Source: Octopus sinensis
Taxonomy: Eukaryota
Reading direction: 5' to 3'
Assembly: GCF_006345805.1 (NCBI RefSeq)
Contig: NC_043005.1
Location: forward strand, 34,906,001-34,970,000
DNA: 64,000 bases
The notes beneath the pieces were generated by a model that was given only the letters and a program-made list of their open reading frames with translations, did not search any database and was not told the DNA's origin. The stretch's first letter is position 1. Each line of letters begins with the position of its first letter. The translations under genes were made by a program, and so were the position numbers. Shown here piece by piece: positions 38,432 to 51,714 of this stretch.

Positions 38432-38869
38432 CTGGAACACGAAAAATGATAATTACGAACATGAAGAGGAAAAAGAGGAAATCTTTTTTAATAAAAATGG
38501 TTCATATTGATTTAGTGATATATGAAAAGATGACCAAAACATCAAGTCAATATTTCATTAAAACTCAGTGATATAATTTGGATTTTCTTGTATGAGTAAC
38601 TCCCTTACTAAATAGAAACCAAGAGCTCCGAGAAAGGAAAAGGATGTTAAAGTTAGGACAAAAATGTGAAAGAATTAACATATTTAGAAGAAAAAAAAAA
38701 TTAGAATTGTATTCTGTGCTTTACGGAATACAAGAATACGAAACAATGAATTTTTTAAAATCTTTACTTTTGGCATGAGGTGTGGAACTTTGGAGGGATA
38801 ACAATTCTATAACTCTATCCACCCACCCAACTGTTTATAGTTTTCGATACGTGTGTGTCTGTGTGTGTG

Positions 38870-38870
38870 A

Positions 38871-38914
<44 letters not shown>

Positions 38915-38915
38915 C

Positions 38916-38998
<83 letters not shown>

Positions 38999-39036
38999 CA
39001 CATATATTATATATACACACATATATATATATACAC

Positions 39037-39069
<33 letters not shown>

Positions 39070-39329
39070 CACATATATAATATATACACATAATATATAT
39101 ACACATTATATATATATACATAATATATATATACATATATATATATACACATATATATATATATACACATATATTATATATATATATACACATATATAAA
39201 TACCATATATAAATACACATATATAAATACACATATATAATACACATATATAAATACACATATATAAATACACATATATATATACACATATATATACACA
39301 TATATATATACACATATATATACACATAC

Positions 39330-39392
<63 letters not shown>

Positions 39393-39396
39393 ATAC

Positions 39397-39429
<33 letters not shown>

Positions 39430-39581
39430 CCTATATATATATACATATATATACATATATATATATATATACATATATACACATATATATATATATATAT
39501 ACATATATATATACATATATATATACATCATATATATATATTACATATATATATATATACATATATATATTATATATAATA

Positions 39582-39615
<34 letters not shown>

Positions 39616-39816
39616 CTATATATATATATATATACATATATATACATATATATAGATATATATACATATATATATATACATATATATATATATTATACAT
39701 ATATATATATATATACATATTATATATATATATATATCATATATATATATATATATATATATATCTATATATATACATATATATATTATATACATATATA
39801 TACATATATATACATA

Positions 39817-39911
<95 letters not shown>

Positions 39912-40046
39912 CACATATATATATACATAATATATATATATATCATATATATATACATATACATATATATAACATACATATACATTACATACATATACAT
40001 ATACATACATATACATACATATACATACATATACATATACATACAT

Positions 40047-40097
<51 letters not shown>
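38870..40097. repeat. Long (TA/CA)n compound microsatellite
   Basis: Direct reading. Confidence 0.97.
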
Positions 40098-40099
<2 letters not shown>

Positions 40100-40759
40100 G
40101 GTAAATTGATAGCGATACGCAGAAAGATAAAAGTTTACATATACGCTGAACATTATTTTTCGCTTTGGAAGCCCTATAGAAGGAAGCTATTGTTGGTTTG
40201 CGATGGTCCGTCTCGTTCTTTTGTCACTTAGGGTCATATCACCCCAGACAAAATGTCAGTTTGATCTGTCTACACGGATGTTTGAATTATGAAAATAGCA
40301 GACATGTCGTATCTTTGGTTGACAGACAGAAAGACAAAAATTTATTTACGACTGGCTAATTGTCAGTAATATCCTGGTCACGATATGAATCATACATAAT
40401 TCTAGGCAACAATAATAATAATAATAATACAGCTCTGAATCTTACCAGAGTAAGATCGAGAGCTCTAGAAAGTAAGATATAATAGAACTAAGCAAATGAT
40501 AAAAGAAGCGTGTGTTTTGAAGACATTAAAGATGACAAAATGTATTCTTTGGTGAAAGTTAGCCCAGATATTTTAGTTAACTAAAAAATCTTAATCGTTA
40601 TTGAAATGAAAAACGATTACAAAATTGACATCAAAAACCAGTTATCTAAAAAATATATATTTTATCATTTTTGATCAGGCAGAGACGTTAGAAAGAACAG
40701 AGTGGCATAGATATAAATACATATATAATGTATATATAATGCTTTATATATATACGTAT

Positions 40760-40792
<33 letters not shown>

Positions 40793-41096
40793 TAAAAATA
40801 AAAGAATTTCAAAAAGATTGAAAACGAGAGGTTGTGGCGTTCATTATGTTCTACAGGCGCTGAGGACAAAATACATTTCAATTAAAGACTAACAAATTCA
40901 TAATAAATATAAAAGGATTTCATATAAATAAAAATGGGGAGGTTGAGAAGTGGAAATTGGAGTTAATTCTAAAGTATTTGTAATGACAGGCAGACGGAAG
41001 AGAAAGAAAATAATAGAGAAAGGAGGAAGAATGAAAGAACGTAGAGGACGAAGAAAAAAGGGTGTTCACTAAGGAAACCGATAAAGGGCCGGTGCT

Positions 41097-41108
41097 TATG
41101 ACGTCATA
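41097..41108. promoter_or_regulatory. CRE/ATF palindrome TGACGTCA within tatgacgtcata
   Basis: Consensus match in a CpG-retaining island; function not shown. Confidence 0.4.
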
Positions 41109-41275
41109 GCAGCAGACATCATGGACCAGATAAATCTGTGATGGGCCCTTTTTCGAAAAAGGGGCTAGCAGAGAGAAAAATGAATGGGAAAACTAGAATT
41201 TTAGCAGGTCAGCTTGTCACAGGTCACTCTGATACTTCGTCTGTAGCACTGAATGAAGTTTTTGCGCGCGCGCGC

Positions 41276-41812
41276 ACATACACCAACATATATATACACA
41301 CATACAACTATGTAAATATATATATCCATACAAACAAATATATGTATATAAACATATATATACATATAAATATATGCATATAAATATATATACATACATA
41401 TGTATATAATATATACATATATGGACATATGTATATTTACATATATATATATACACATATCTGTATTTATGCATATATAAATATATATACATATATGTAT
41501 ATATATGTATATACATATATATATATACATGTACATATATGAATATGTACATATATACATGTACATATATATACGTATATGTATGTATATGTACATATAT
41601 ATACATGTGTATATGTATATATATACCTATATAGATATACGTATATATATACATGTATATTATGTATATATATACATATGTATATAAACATGTATATAAA
41701 TATATACATATGTATATATATATATACACACACATAGACATATATGTATATATATACATATGTATATATATATATATGCATTCATATATATATACATACA
41801 TGTATATATATG

Positions 41813-41854
<42 letters not shown>

Positions 41855-42040
41855 GATATACATATATTTATATATACATTTACATACATACATATCCACT
41901 TATATATATATATCCATATATATATTCACACTTATATACATATATATATACACACACACACATATATATACACACACATATATATATACACACATACTAT
42001 CCATATGCACATACGCATATTCATTATAAACACACACAGA
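41276..42040. repeat. (TA/CA)n compound microsatellite preceded by (GC)6
   Basis: Direct reading. Confidence 0.95.
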
Positions 42041-42376
42041 AAATATAGTGTGAATGCAGTGGAATAAAATGTAGTTGAGAATTTTTTCATGCTGACTAAA
42101 TGACAGCAAATTTGTTCCCTGATGGTGACTGACATGTGACTTAGCAGCTGCGATCAGTCGGTCAAATTAATGAAACATTATTAAATACATCTACATTATC
42201 AATTAACGTTGACATTCTTTTCTTCTGCTGTCATTTTTTCCACCTTTTTCTTTGTTTTGAGTTTTTACTAGTCGTAAATGGTTTTTTTGGTAGTTGTAGC
42301 CGACAGCATCGATGGCAGCTGCTTCGGAGAAGTAGAAATTGTGCAATGTAAGCAAGCTGTCATGGAGAAAACTTAC

Positions 42377-42440
42377 CATTAGAAGGATGTTTAAAGAGCG
42401 AAGGATGCTGGAAAGCCTGCCTGACACAAACTTTAAAGGG
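42377..42440 (-). other. Candidate first exon of the divergent gene, ending ATG|GTAAGT (5' limit unknown)
   Basis: Perfect donor at 42376-42371 directly after an ATG (42379-42377); GC box at 42438-42443; CpG-rich context. Confidence 0.4.
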
Positions 42441-42839
42441 CGGTGCCGTATTTCAAAGAACGTATATTAAGACAACCACACACACACACACACACCTAGT
42501 TATTTGGAAATTACTTACGATTTCCAACTCTTTTGAATTACATAGAGGTATATGGTGATCAGAATTATAAAAATAACTTTTAATTGTTTACACATTAACA
42601 GCCACCTAATTAATAAATGATGAGAAACTTACACACGATATATTTCTTTCATACGCTGAAATAACGTTACAGTTAGGGTGCTTTTTTACTAAATGAATGG
42701 TAAAAGTAAATCGGTTTTAAACCGTCTTGTCTTATGAAGTTAAATGTATGCATGTGATGTATATATTTATATCCATAAATATATAAACATATATATGTAT
42801 ATATATATACACAGAAAGAGAGAGAGAGAGAGATATTAC

Positions 42840-43071
42840 GATATCTACCTCGAGTTCTGTTCTATGCCGGTCACAACGGGAGCGAGATACACGATATAGT
42901 ACCACTTGTTACGGCTTCTCTCATTGGTGCATGCTGGCGTGAGGCAACGTCTGAGATGTAATGGACCAATGAGAGAAAGCAATAGTTAAAGTTCTGGCTG
43001 GGCTAAACTAATTGGTAAGTCACCAGCCGCGAGCATCTTGCCATTCTATGGCTGCACTGGCGTAGGAAACG
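42840..43071. promoter_or_regulatory. CpG-rich promoter/5' UTR with three CCAAT boxes, probably bidirectional
   Basis: ATTGG 42923-42927, CCAAT 42966-42970, ATTGG 43011-43015; locally raised GC and CpG directly upstream of the coding exon. Confidence 0.65.
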
Positions 43072-43180
43072 ATGGAGGATTTCGGAACGGCCGCAGCTAC
43101 CAAGGCTGCGTTACTTCTTATTATTGGAGAACCTGTAACTGAGGACCATAAACATTTAATCCCGGAGGAATTAGCTAAAG
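43072..43180 (+). CDS. futsch: Coding exon 1 of a MAP1A/1B/1S-futsch family microtubule-associated protein
   Basis: MEDFGTAAATKAALLLIIGEPVTEDHKHLIPEELAKG|gtaaag. LLIIGEP-TE-H...L-KG matches the MAP1/futsch N-terminal motif as I recall it (MAP1B LLVVVGEIVTEEH; Futsch LLIVLGEPHSEEHK). Phase-1 donor; exon 2 not found in the window. Confidence 0.85.
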
Positions 43181-43525
43181 GTAAAGAATTTATTAAAATA
43201 ACTGAGAAAAATTTTTAATTTATTGGGGGGAAAAATTATATTACGGTTCTTTTTTTCGCCCCATTGTAAGGAAATTATGTTCTGTGAAAGCCGGCCGGTT
43301 TTTCTCTTATAACATCACTGTTGTTATTCCCTATTTTATATATTCAAACCAATACTTCACTTAAATTTCACTCTGTAAAATTTTAAGATATTTTCAACGA
43401 AATCCTTTCTTGAATGTCACCAGAATTGTCAGTTACCACTGTTTCCCTAATATCTTCATTTTCCTTCCTCAGTCCCATATCAATTAATTAGGGTTGTTTT
43501 CTTTCTACGCAAGATATATATATAC

Positions 43526-43590
<65 letters not shown>

Positions 43591-46329
43591 GTTTGCGTTC
43601 TTTTTTTTTTTCTCTGACTTCTCATTCCAGATTTTGATTTTCAAAATATATAAAGGGAATTGGAAATTTTTTTTTGCAATAGACGAAAATCTGTTTTAAA
43701 AATATCCTAATTACAGTCATGAACGTAATTCTCGTCTAGCTCAAGCTTACCCTTTTTATCTTTTCCCATTTCGCTAAAATCTCTTAGATTTAATATCTAT
43801 TATTCACATTGTCCGATCCTTCTCTAATTAATTTGACAAGATCTAAAAATAATTGAAACAATAGCAATTTCAATTACTTTTCGTTGACGTTTTGATCAGA
43901 AATTACTGTCAATCTACTTAAATATGTACCGGGTCTTTTCTAATTAATTTCACGTTCATATAGTTTTAATTCGTAATGCTTTTGCACATTGTAATACTGA
44001 ATTTCAAAGTAAAATTTAATTGTCGCTAAAACCCACCTTCACCCTTTTCTTTTTCATCCTTTGACGCAGTACCGGTCAGCGAGCACTGTTGCGTTGTAGA
44101 AACGAGGGGGAAAAAATTAACCAACTAGAAATACTTTATTTCCAGTCCTCTTAAAATGGTTAAGAAACTAAAATGAAGGTTAGGCCGACTAGGTCTGCTG
44201 TTCTATTTATTCGCTCGCCTGAAAATTACAGCTCCATAGCTATGTACTTCGACCGGCTTGCATTCTTCGTTTGCCATAAATTAACATAATTTATTTCGTT
44301 TTTGACAACTATTAGCACTAACATTAGTATCTTATTCTGTCGCAATATATTTAAACTAATATTTTTCAAGATATTTAAGTTTCATGTCTAAAATTCATGA
44401 GCTGTCTGTACATTGTAAAACTTTTCTCTATCACATCTGCATTAAGACATGGATTTTTTTTTTTTTTTTTTCACATTAATAAATTCTCAGCTAAATTTGC
44501 TTTTCTGACAAAACTAGCTTTGTTCTCTTTGAAATTTGTCTAGTATGTTTCTGAAAAGTGAAACATTTCCTAATTGAAGTTGCTCTGATTAATTGTGATG
44601 GTTTCTTTTTTTTTAATTGCTAATAATTGTCGATCCTCGAGGATGATCTTAAATCCCAAATTGATAAGTCAAAAAAAGGCATAATTTAAGTTTTGGATGC
44701 TAAATGATTTAATTGCGATTTATCTTTGTATCAAGGGACAGTCGTTTGCGTTATCAGTCATGTGATTTTTCTAATCATCTTAGATACTATAAAATAACTT
44801 AAGATATGATTAGGGTCTATGTTGCCCTTTTATCCCCCGCTTTCTATAAGCTACTAAATACTTGATATTCGAGACCAACGATTTTCATTTCCCCAAAGTC
44901 GGTCCTTTATTGTGATCATTGCATCCCCGCCCTCGTGCCCTAATCCTTCACAATTCTAAAAATATACAGATGTTAGGGGTTGTTGTGCTAGGAAATATGT
45001 CTGGGAGGATGGTGCTGGTTTGTAGAAAGTTGTGAGAAAGAGTAAAATGTCTTTTCTCATAAACTATCGAGGCGGAGATAGTGCTACTATTGCGTAGTGT
45101 TTTAAACTGACACAGCAGCAGGAAGAGATAGACTGGAGTAGACGAACTTTTTTTATTGCGCACACTTAAACAGCTAATTTCGCACGCACATGGTTTCTTT
45201 AATATATATAATTTTACAGTAAAAAGAAAATTTGAAAATCATTTTATGCACGCATCTATCATTCAATGTAAAGAGATGAGCTGTTCTTTATGCGCATAAT
45301 TTTCTTAATCTACCGAGGTGGGAGGTGAAAGAAAGGGAAAACGTCTGTAGGATAACCTTCGCGTGAATAAATTTGTTGCTGTGATGTATACGGAGCTTTG
45401 TTCGTGTGGTCGAGCTGGTTGACTCATGCCCGAATAATGTCTATCAAGCCTCTCTTTCTCTCTCCTCTGCAACTTCATTTTTTTTTTTCTTCTCTCTCTC
45501 TCCCCTTCTCTTTCTGACTGCTGTCAAACGACTGACCTTCACACCAGATTTCAGGAGGGAAATTAATATTTTTCGTGAGAATTAGAGTTCAGCGTTCACT
45601 ATGAAACTGTCTTGACTTCGGTGTGTCTATATACAATTGTTTTGTCCCACCGACATGGCAGTCGGGCTTATGAATGTTTGCTGAACGGTTTAATTTAATG
45701 CTGTACAGTAATGATTACAAAGAAATATTGTCAGAACGATGGTTCAAACCAACCGTTTGGAACGAAGGTAAAGAATATGTACACCAGGTGTTTAGGGTTA
45801 GGGTTTTTGTTACGCTTGGAAACGGGTGGTGTACGAATTCTTTATCTCCACCTAGTTTGGGCTCTAGTTCTTTGACCTGACGGTTGATGATTTTATTTGT
45901 TGTCATGGTTATCTTGAATTATCGCTATTGTTTTCATCACTATCCCAAATATTTTCATTACTCGTTATTACCGTCACCATAATTGCATAATAATAGCCCA
46001 TCAGTTTGTGTCCTTTATGACGCCCAAGGAGCAAACTTAGTATTTTTATAAGGACTTTCGAGTGTCTAGCTAAACTATGATTCAGACTCAACATTGCTTC
46101 GGAAGTTGGGCTTAATAGTGCTCATTAAGTTCCACACTACATGATTCTACTGCTAAAAATTATCGAATTCAAGATGGAAAATCATTTTTGTTTCACACTA
46201 AGGAAAAAAAAAAAAAAATCAGTTTTTCAGAAGGCAGCTCAGGCCACTATTTGCTCCTTGAAAGAGGAATGATGGGTTGCAAAAGCTAAATAAATTTACA
46301 GGCATGTAGACAGGTGTGACATGCACAAT

Positions 46330-47830
46330 TTCTGTGATGTAAGAGACCTATTGTTCAGAAATTTTCATAGCCCCAACCATCAGATAACATTTCTCTATTG
46401 AAAGAGGAGTTGGCAATAGCGGATCACTGGAAGAATATTTAAAACAGCAGTACCATAAAACCAGTGAATCCAACAGTCATTGAGGAATTTTGAAAAGCCA
46501 CTGTCAGTTTCTGAAAGTACGGCCTTCGAAACATTGAAAACTATCCCGTCAGGATCAGACAGTATTCTAATAGAGCTTTTGAAGGATGGTTATCACTGCA
46601 TAAATGCTCTACATCACAGATACAGGGAACCGAGAATAGTATGCATACAATGTTGGAAGAACTCTAACATTGTCAACTTCTACAAAAATCTGTGTGCTCT
46701 AATTTTGCTGGAATGGTCATTCTAAAAGGTTAGTTTAATCAGTAATATGAAAATAAACCCACCACAATCACAGTATGGTCTCTGCAGTAGCTAAGACAGT
46801 TGCTGTGATTCTTGTTACAAGAAGAAATGTAAGGAGCAATGGAGGCCAAATCATTGCTTTTGTGGATTTATAATACTGTAAGTTGAGAACTTCTGTAGGA
46901 TATTCTCACTTTCACACAGGGAAGATTACTCGAGTTGTTGTTGGAGGGCAGAAGTCTGAGCTCTTAAGAATAAAAATGTCAGATTAGGTTGTATACTAAC
47001 TCTTGTACTGTTCTTAATATCTTCATCTTGCATAACTACAGTTACACAAAGGAAGATAGGGGTTCCATTTGATGGGAACCTTTTCAACAAGAAAATGCTG
47101 AAGCCATCCTAGCTACAATATGTGATCTACAATATGATGATGCCTTAACTCTACTAGTTCAAATATACTCTGGAAACCTCATGAACCTTCATCGTAGCAG
47201 ATGTCCACTTTTTATAAGAATGGGCATAAGTTAACATCTTTATTAAAGCATGGTCAAGATTAAAGCTTGTTGACTATAAAATTTTAATTTTACTAAGGTA
47301 ATCTCCTAGTGGTACTGCTATCTCCCCTCACTTCTTTCAATAACAGCCACAAGCTCTCAAAATTCACATATCTTGGCAGCATAATTTCTGATGACTGTAT
47401 ACTGGCCAAGATTCTAAACCATTTCAGGCATACTCTATCTCTGGAACATTGTTCCCATTTCCCTGTATGGGTGTGAGACATAGGCCACATGCAGCTGACA
47501 CATTAAGACCCTAACTCTAACATAAGATCCTTTCAGTCACTTGTCTAGGCAGTGTTATGTACATGGAAATGCAACGCCAATATTGAATTCATCCATTAAA
47601 ATGGCTTATATATAATGAACATGTCTAAATTGTATCACCTGTAGAGGTTTCTTGAGTATCAGAGCTCTGGCATGGTCAGTATCTAGCTACAGGACCAAAG
47701 AAGCAGTTCAGACAGCCGAAGACTATTTGAATGAGAAGCAACATCAACCCTTCAAGAGTGGAAACCGTTACTACCTGATGGTCACTTTGGCAATTAGAAT
47801 GATGGAGCAGGGTGGATTAAAGATATCAAG
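46330..47830 (+). mobile_element. Highly degenerate RTE-clade LINE
   Basis: Remnants GSDSILIELLKDG...WKNSNIVNFYK, AFVDL, KFTYLGSIISDDC and a C-terminal KKQF...NINP...W; boundaries approximate. Confidence 0.7.
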
Positions 47831-48294
47831 AAATATGTTCAGTACCATCAGAAGTGAATGGGTGGGGGAGTCATGCATGCAGAATGGCATCTGGTCTCTG
47901 TAACCAAATACTCATGTCTCTATGACAAGCTATACACTGAAGATTGTGTTACAGTCATCATTGGATTCAGTGTATCTTGTGTCCCACAGGCATTGCAGTC
48001 AGATTATATTTGTGGAATGGTCTGAGCAGCATATATTGAATTATTAGAATGAATTATCGTCAGAGCTTGAAGGCTATGTGGCTTTTTAACATTAATTTTG
48101 TTAGTTGTTGCAATTGTCTTTAATAATTACTATTATCTTGTTGCCACCACTATTACCATGCAACAGTGTTTCAACACTTTTAAGGATTTGTGCAGTTTTA
48201 GATTCTCATGTTAGTAAATAAGTGGCATTAATTGTGACTGATGTAATTAATCCTCTGCTAAATGGCTTGTTTTTGTGTGGCTTTTAGTTTAAAT

Positions 48295-48460
48295 CAGTGC
48301 TCCACAACCTTTTTTCACTTGCGGTACACTTATATTCTTTACAGAATTCGGCAGCACACCTAAACTAAAAATATAACTAAAAGCATAGGGAAAAAAATTA
48401 TATTCAGGTTACTGTGGCACACCTAGCATTGTCCGGTGGCATACTGCCTGCAGAGCACTG
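48295..48460. mobile_element. hAT (Buster/Charlie-like) MITE with a perfect 8-bp TSD
   Basis: GTTTAAAT|CAGTGCTC...GAGCACTG|GTTTAAAT; TSDs at 48287-48294 and 48461-48468. Confidence 0.88.
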
Positions 48461-49589
48461 GTTTAAATCCTTGGTTTGATATTGTTGGTCTACCTGTGTG
48501 ACTATGAGGTAACTGATTTTAGTAAAAAATGGCTATACGCTCTTTACGCAAGATGCTTCTGTGTAGTCAAAGCAAATTCTTTCAGTAAATTTATACATTA
48601 GCATAAATTGTTGGTGCTTTAAGTGAATTTCTTATTTGCTCATCTGATAAAGAACTGTGAAGTTATTGATTGGGTGAGGCTGGTATTCCAGTGATTACAA
48701 GAGCGTATATATGACGTGCTACTTGTGCACTTTTAAGCTGTCGTTTAAGCATATGGCATATATTTTGTGTAAAACAGTGTTCAGGTTTATCTTGATTTTA
48801 GCACCCATGGTACATCAGCCAAATTTGTTTGTTGTGGAAACACACATAGCAAAGAAATTTAATCTTTATATGAAAAATTGTTTGTTCCTCATCAACTCTG
48901 GAAAAGACATTCCAGTCATGGCCATCTTGTTTTGCTTTTTTTTTTCATATGTGTTTGATTACGTTACTCAAGTGTGTGAGGAGTTGTAATCTAGAAATGG
49001 TATTAGCAAATTGTTAAAAACCAATGGAAACGGTCTTCGTAGTTCAGCCAGAAGCATGACTGCCACAACTATACCACATAACTTTTCATTATCATGTGAT
49101 ATTTCTAATGTGCTGAATTTCTACACACAAATTTCTTCATTGACTTGTATGTGATATGAGTGGCAGCAGAATTGATTTGGTAAATGGATTTTGGTATAGA
49201 TGATTGTGAGTACAGACAAATTTCACAATTGTAATGTAGGTTTGAATTGTTCAGGGGGTTATTTTTTATGTAAATTGACTGAAATAAATGAATATTGGTA
49301 ATTTATTTTATCAGTTTAATTAATTATGCATGTAGCTTGTTTATAATTGTCTTGAATTGTTTTTACAAGTACAATTTTACAGTCAGTTTGTCCTAAATGA
49401 AACTTTGGTTCATTTATTCCAGCTATATTGAAGAGTCAACGAAGAAATTTCACGAAATTCAGTGTGGTTTTGAGTTTTTTGTTGATCACCATTTATAAGA
49501 ACATTTAATTCTTATGTTTAATTATATTGGAGAGAAATTTGTGAAAGCATTGATTTTAAAATTGATATCGAGTTTTTGATTGAAGAAGT

Positions 49590-49950
49590 ATATTGGTGTG
49601 ATTAAGAAGCTTGCTTCCGAGGCATGTGGTTTCAGTTGTACTGTGTGACACCTTGAGTATGTTCTATTTCAGTCCTGGGTTGACCAAAGCCTTGTGAGTT
49701 GGATTTGATAGCCAGAAACAGAAAGAAGACTTGTAAATGTTTGTGACATCATATGATGGTTGTAAACAAGTGTCGTCAATTTCCAATCTGTTCTTTAAAA
49801 AAAAAAAAGAAATGCCTGATCATGGTGGAAATATTACCCTGATTGGAAACAGATGAGGGTTGGCAACAGAAAAGGCATCTGACTGTAGAAAATCTCCCTT
49901 GAGTCTGTCTGACCCATGCAAGCATGGAAAAAGTAGATATTAAATGATGA
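49590..49950 (+). mobile_element. Older composite tRNA-SINE
   Basis: Head gtgtgattaagaagcttgc... plus 3' module ending gcatggaaaaagtagatattaaatgatga. Confidence 0.6.
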
Positions 49951-50150
49951 GGCACTTGTTTTGAATTTTAACGTTAGCTACTTCTAAACTGATTGTAGTT
50001 TCATTTGCTGACCCATGTAGGAAGATCAGTAACTTCTGACAAGTTAATTACTATTATAATGTATGGCATACATTGTATTTGAATGTTTGGAGGTTACTAA
50101 TTCTACGAAACTGAGAAACAGGAAATTCTAAAGAATATATACATTGTGTG

Positions 50151-50189
<39 letters not shown>

Positions 50190-51714
50190 ATGTTGATGTT
50201 GATGATGATGATACACATACATGCCTTTTACTCTAGGATTGGTTAACGTCTTGTGGGTGGAATTTGGTTGTCAGAAAATGTTGTGTATATGTTAGATTAT
50301 TGCTGTAACCCTTTTAACTTTTTTTTTTTTTCAGGTTTCAATTAATTTTGAAATGAATGAAAAATTTTAGTGAGCACATTAAGCTGGTATTTGGAATATA
50401 AATTAGCATGAAAGTTTAAATTTAGATCACTTAAATGTAGGAAGTTTGTATCACAATCAAAGGCAGTTTTGGGCAAGTTAGTATCAAAAGGATTAAGACA
50501 GTGTTCTGTAGCAGAAACCAGTAAAATGTATATTAGAGGTGATTCAGTGTTGGCAAAGGCTCTGACTTAAGCCCTAGTCAAACCATTTAACCCATGCCAT
50601 CATGGAAAATGGATGCTAAATGATTGAGCAGGCTATCTTTTATAGACTCCACCTATCTAGCATTTCAGATGATCTATTGAAGCATATTTAGTCTGGTCTC
50701 TTGTTGAGCTACTCCTATTCACTAACAGACTTTATTTAAAAAAAAAAATCACCACCTGTTAGTTTACACTGTTTATCAAAGTGAAATCTCTAATTTAGTT
50801 TAGGTGTAATCATGTTTCTTTTTATTTTTACACTTGTATTGATGTGATGCAAGAGTTATGGCTTATACTCCTTTTCACTAATTTGGGCTAACTGTCAATT
50901 GGAAGATGTCTTCAAATAGAAAAACTTCATACAGTATATAATTAGAATAACTGAATGAGTATAGTGATGTCATAGTACATGTGGGGGAGAGTAAGGAGGT
51001 TTATATCAGGTCTCTGTTTCTCTCTTAACCTTTTGGTATAAGTTGACATTTAAGACAACTCCTTCAATTGACCCAAAAATGGTTACATGGTAGCTTGTCT
51101 ATGAAACTGAAGACACTGATGTCTGTATGTGTGTTACATGCTTGCATACAAGTTTGTGATAGCATAGTTAGTGTTGAATTTTGACAGGAAGCCTCTTTCT
51201 CACTTTTGGTAAATATTTTTTTAATATCTCTGACAAGGGACTATTTTGTGATGTCATATTTTAGTTGAAATGGGTTGTGGGAGATAAGATTTAGGACTGG
51301 TTTAAATCACTGCTTCTTAATCTGGGTGGTAGCAGCCACTTGGGGTGTTGTCAGATCAGAAAAGGGCAGTAAATGTCAGGTGGTGGGGTTATAAATGACA
51401 TACAGAGCTTTCTTGGAAATAAAATATTTTAAAAAACTTTGTCAGCATTAATATGACACGGTATTGTCAGAAAATAGAAAACTTGACTGACATATGCAAA
51501 GGTCTATAATTTTGTAATGTAATTTCATAATTTTCATAAACATTTAACATAAGGAGCATTAGTCCTGGTAAATATCCAAAGTGAAGCATAGATTGGATGG
51601 GATCATGAGAAAATATGGGTAGATACTTTAAACAATCTACCCCCCCTTTTTTGTGTGAGGGGACATTTGACACCATTAAGTGGGTGGAAGAGGGACGTTA
51701 CAAAAAAATGAACT

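Noticed and set aside
35657-42135. Many long ORFs rich in Y/I/M/C/V/H/T (up to 561 aa), also at 30.5, 33.3-35.3 and 8.3 kb
   Set aside because: Translations of TA/CA microsatellites, which lack stop codons; not proteins.
42203-42427. 74-aa minus ORF MSGRLSS...
   Set aside because: GTG start, and it reads through a perfect GTAAGT donor; better explained as first exon plus intron.
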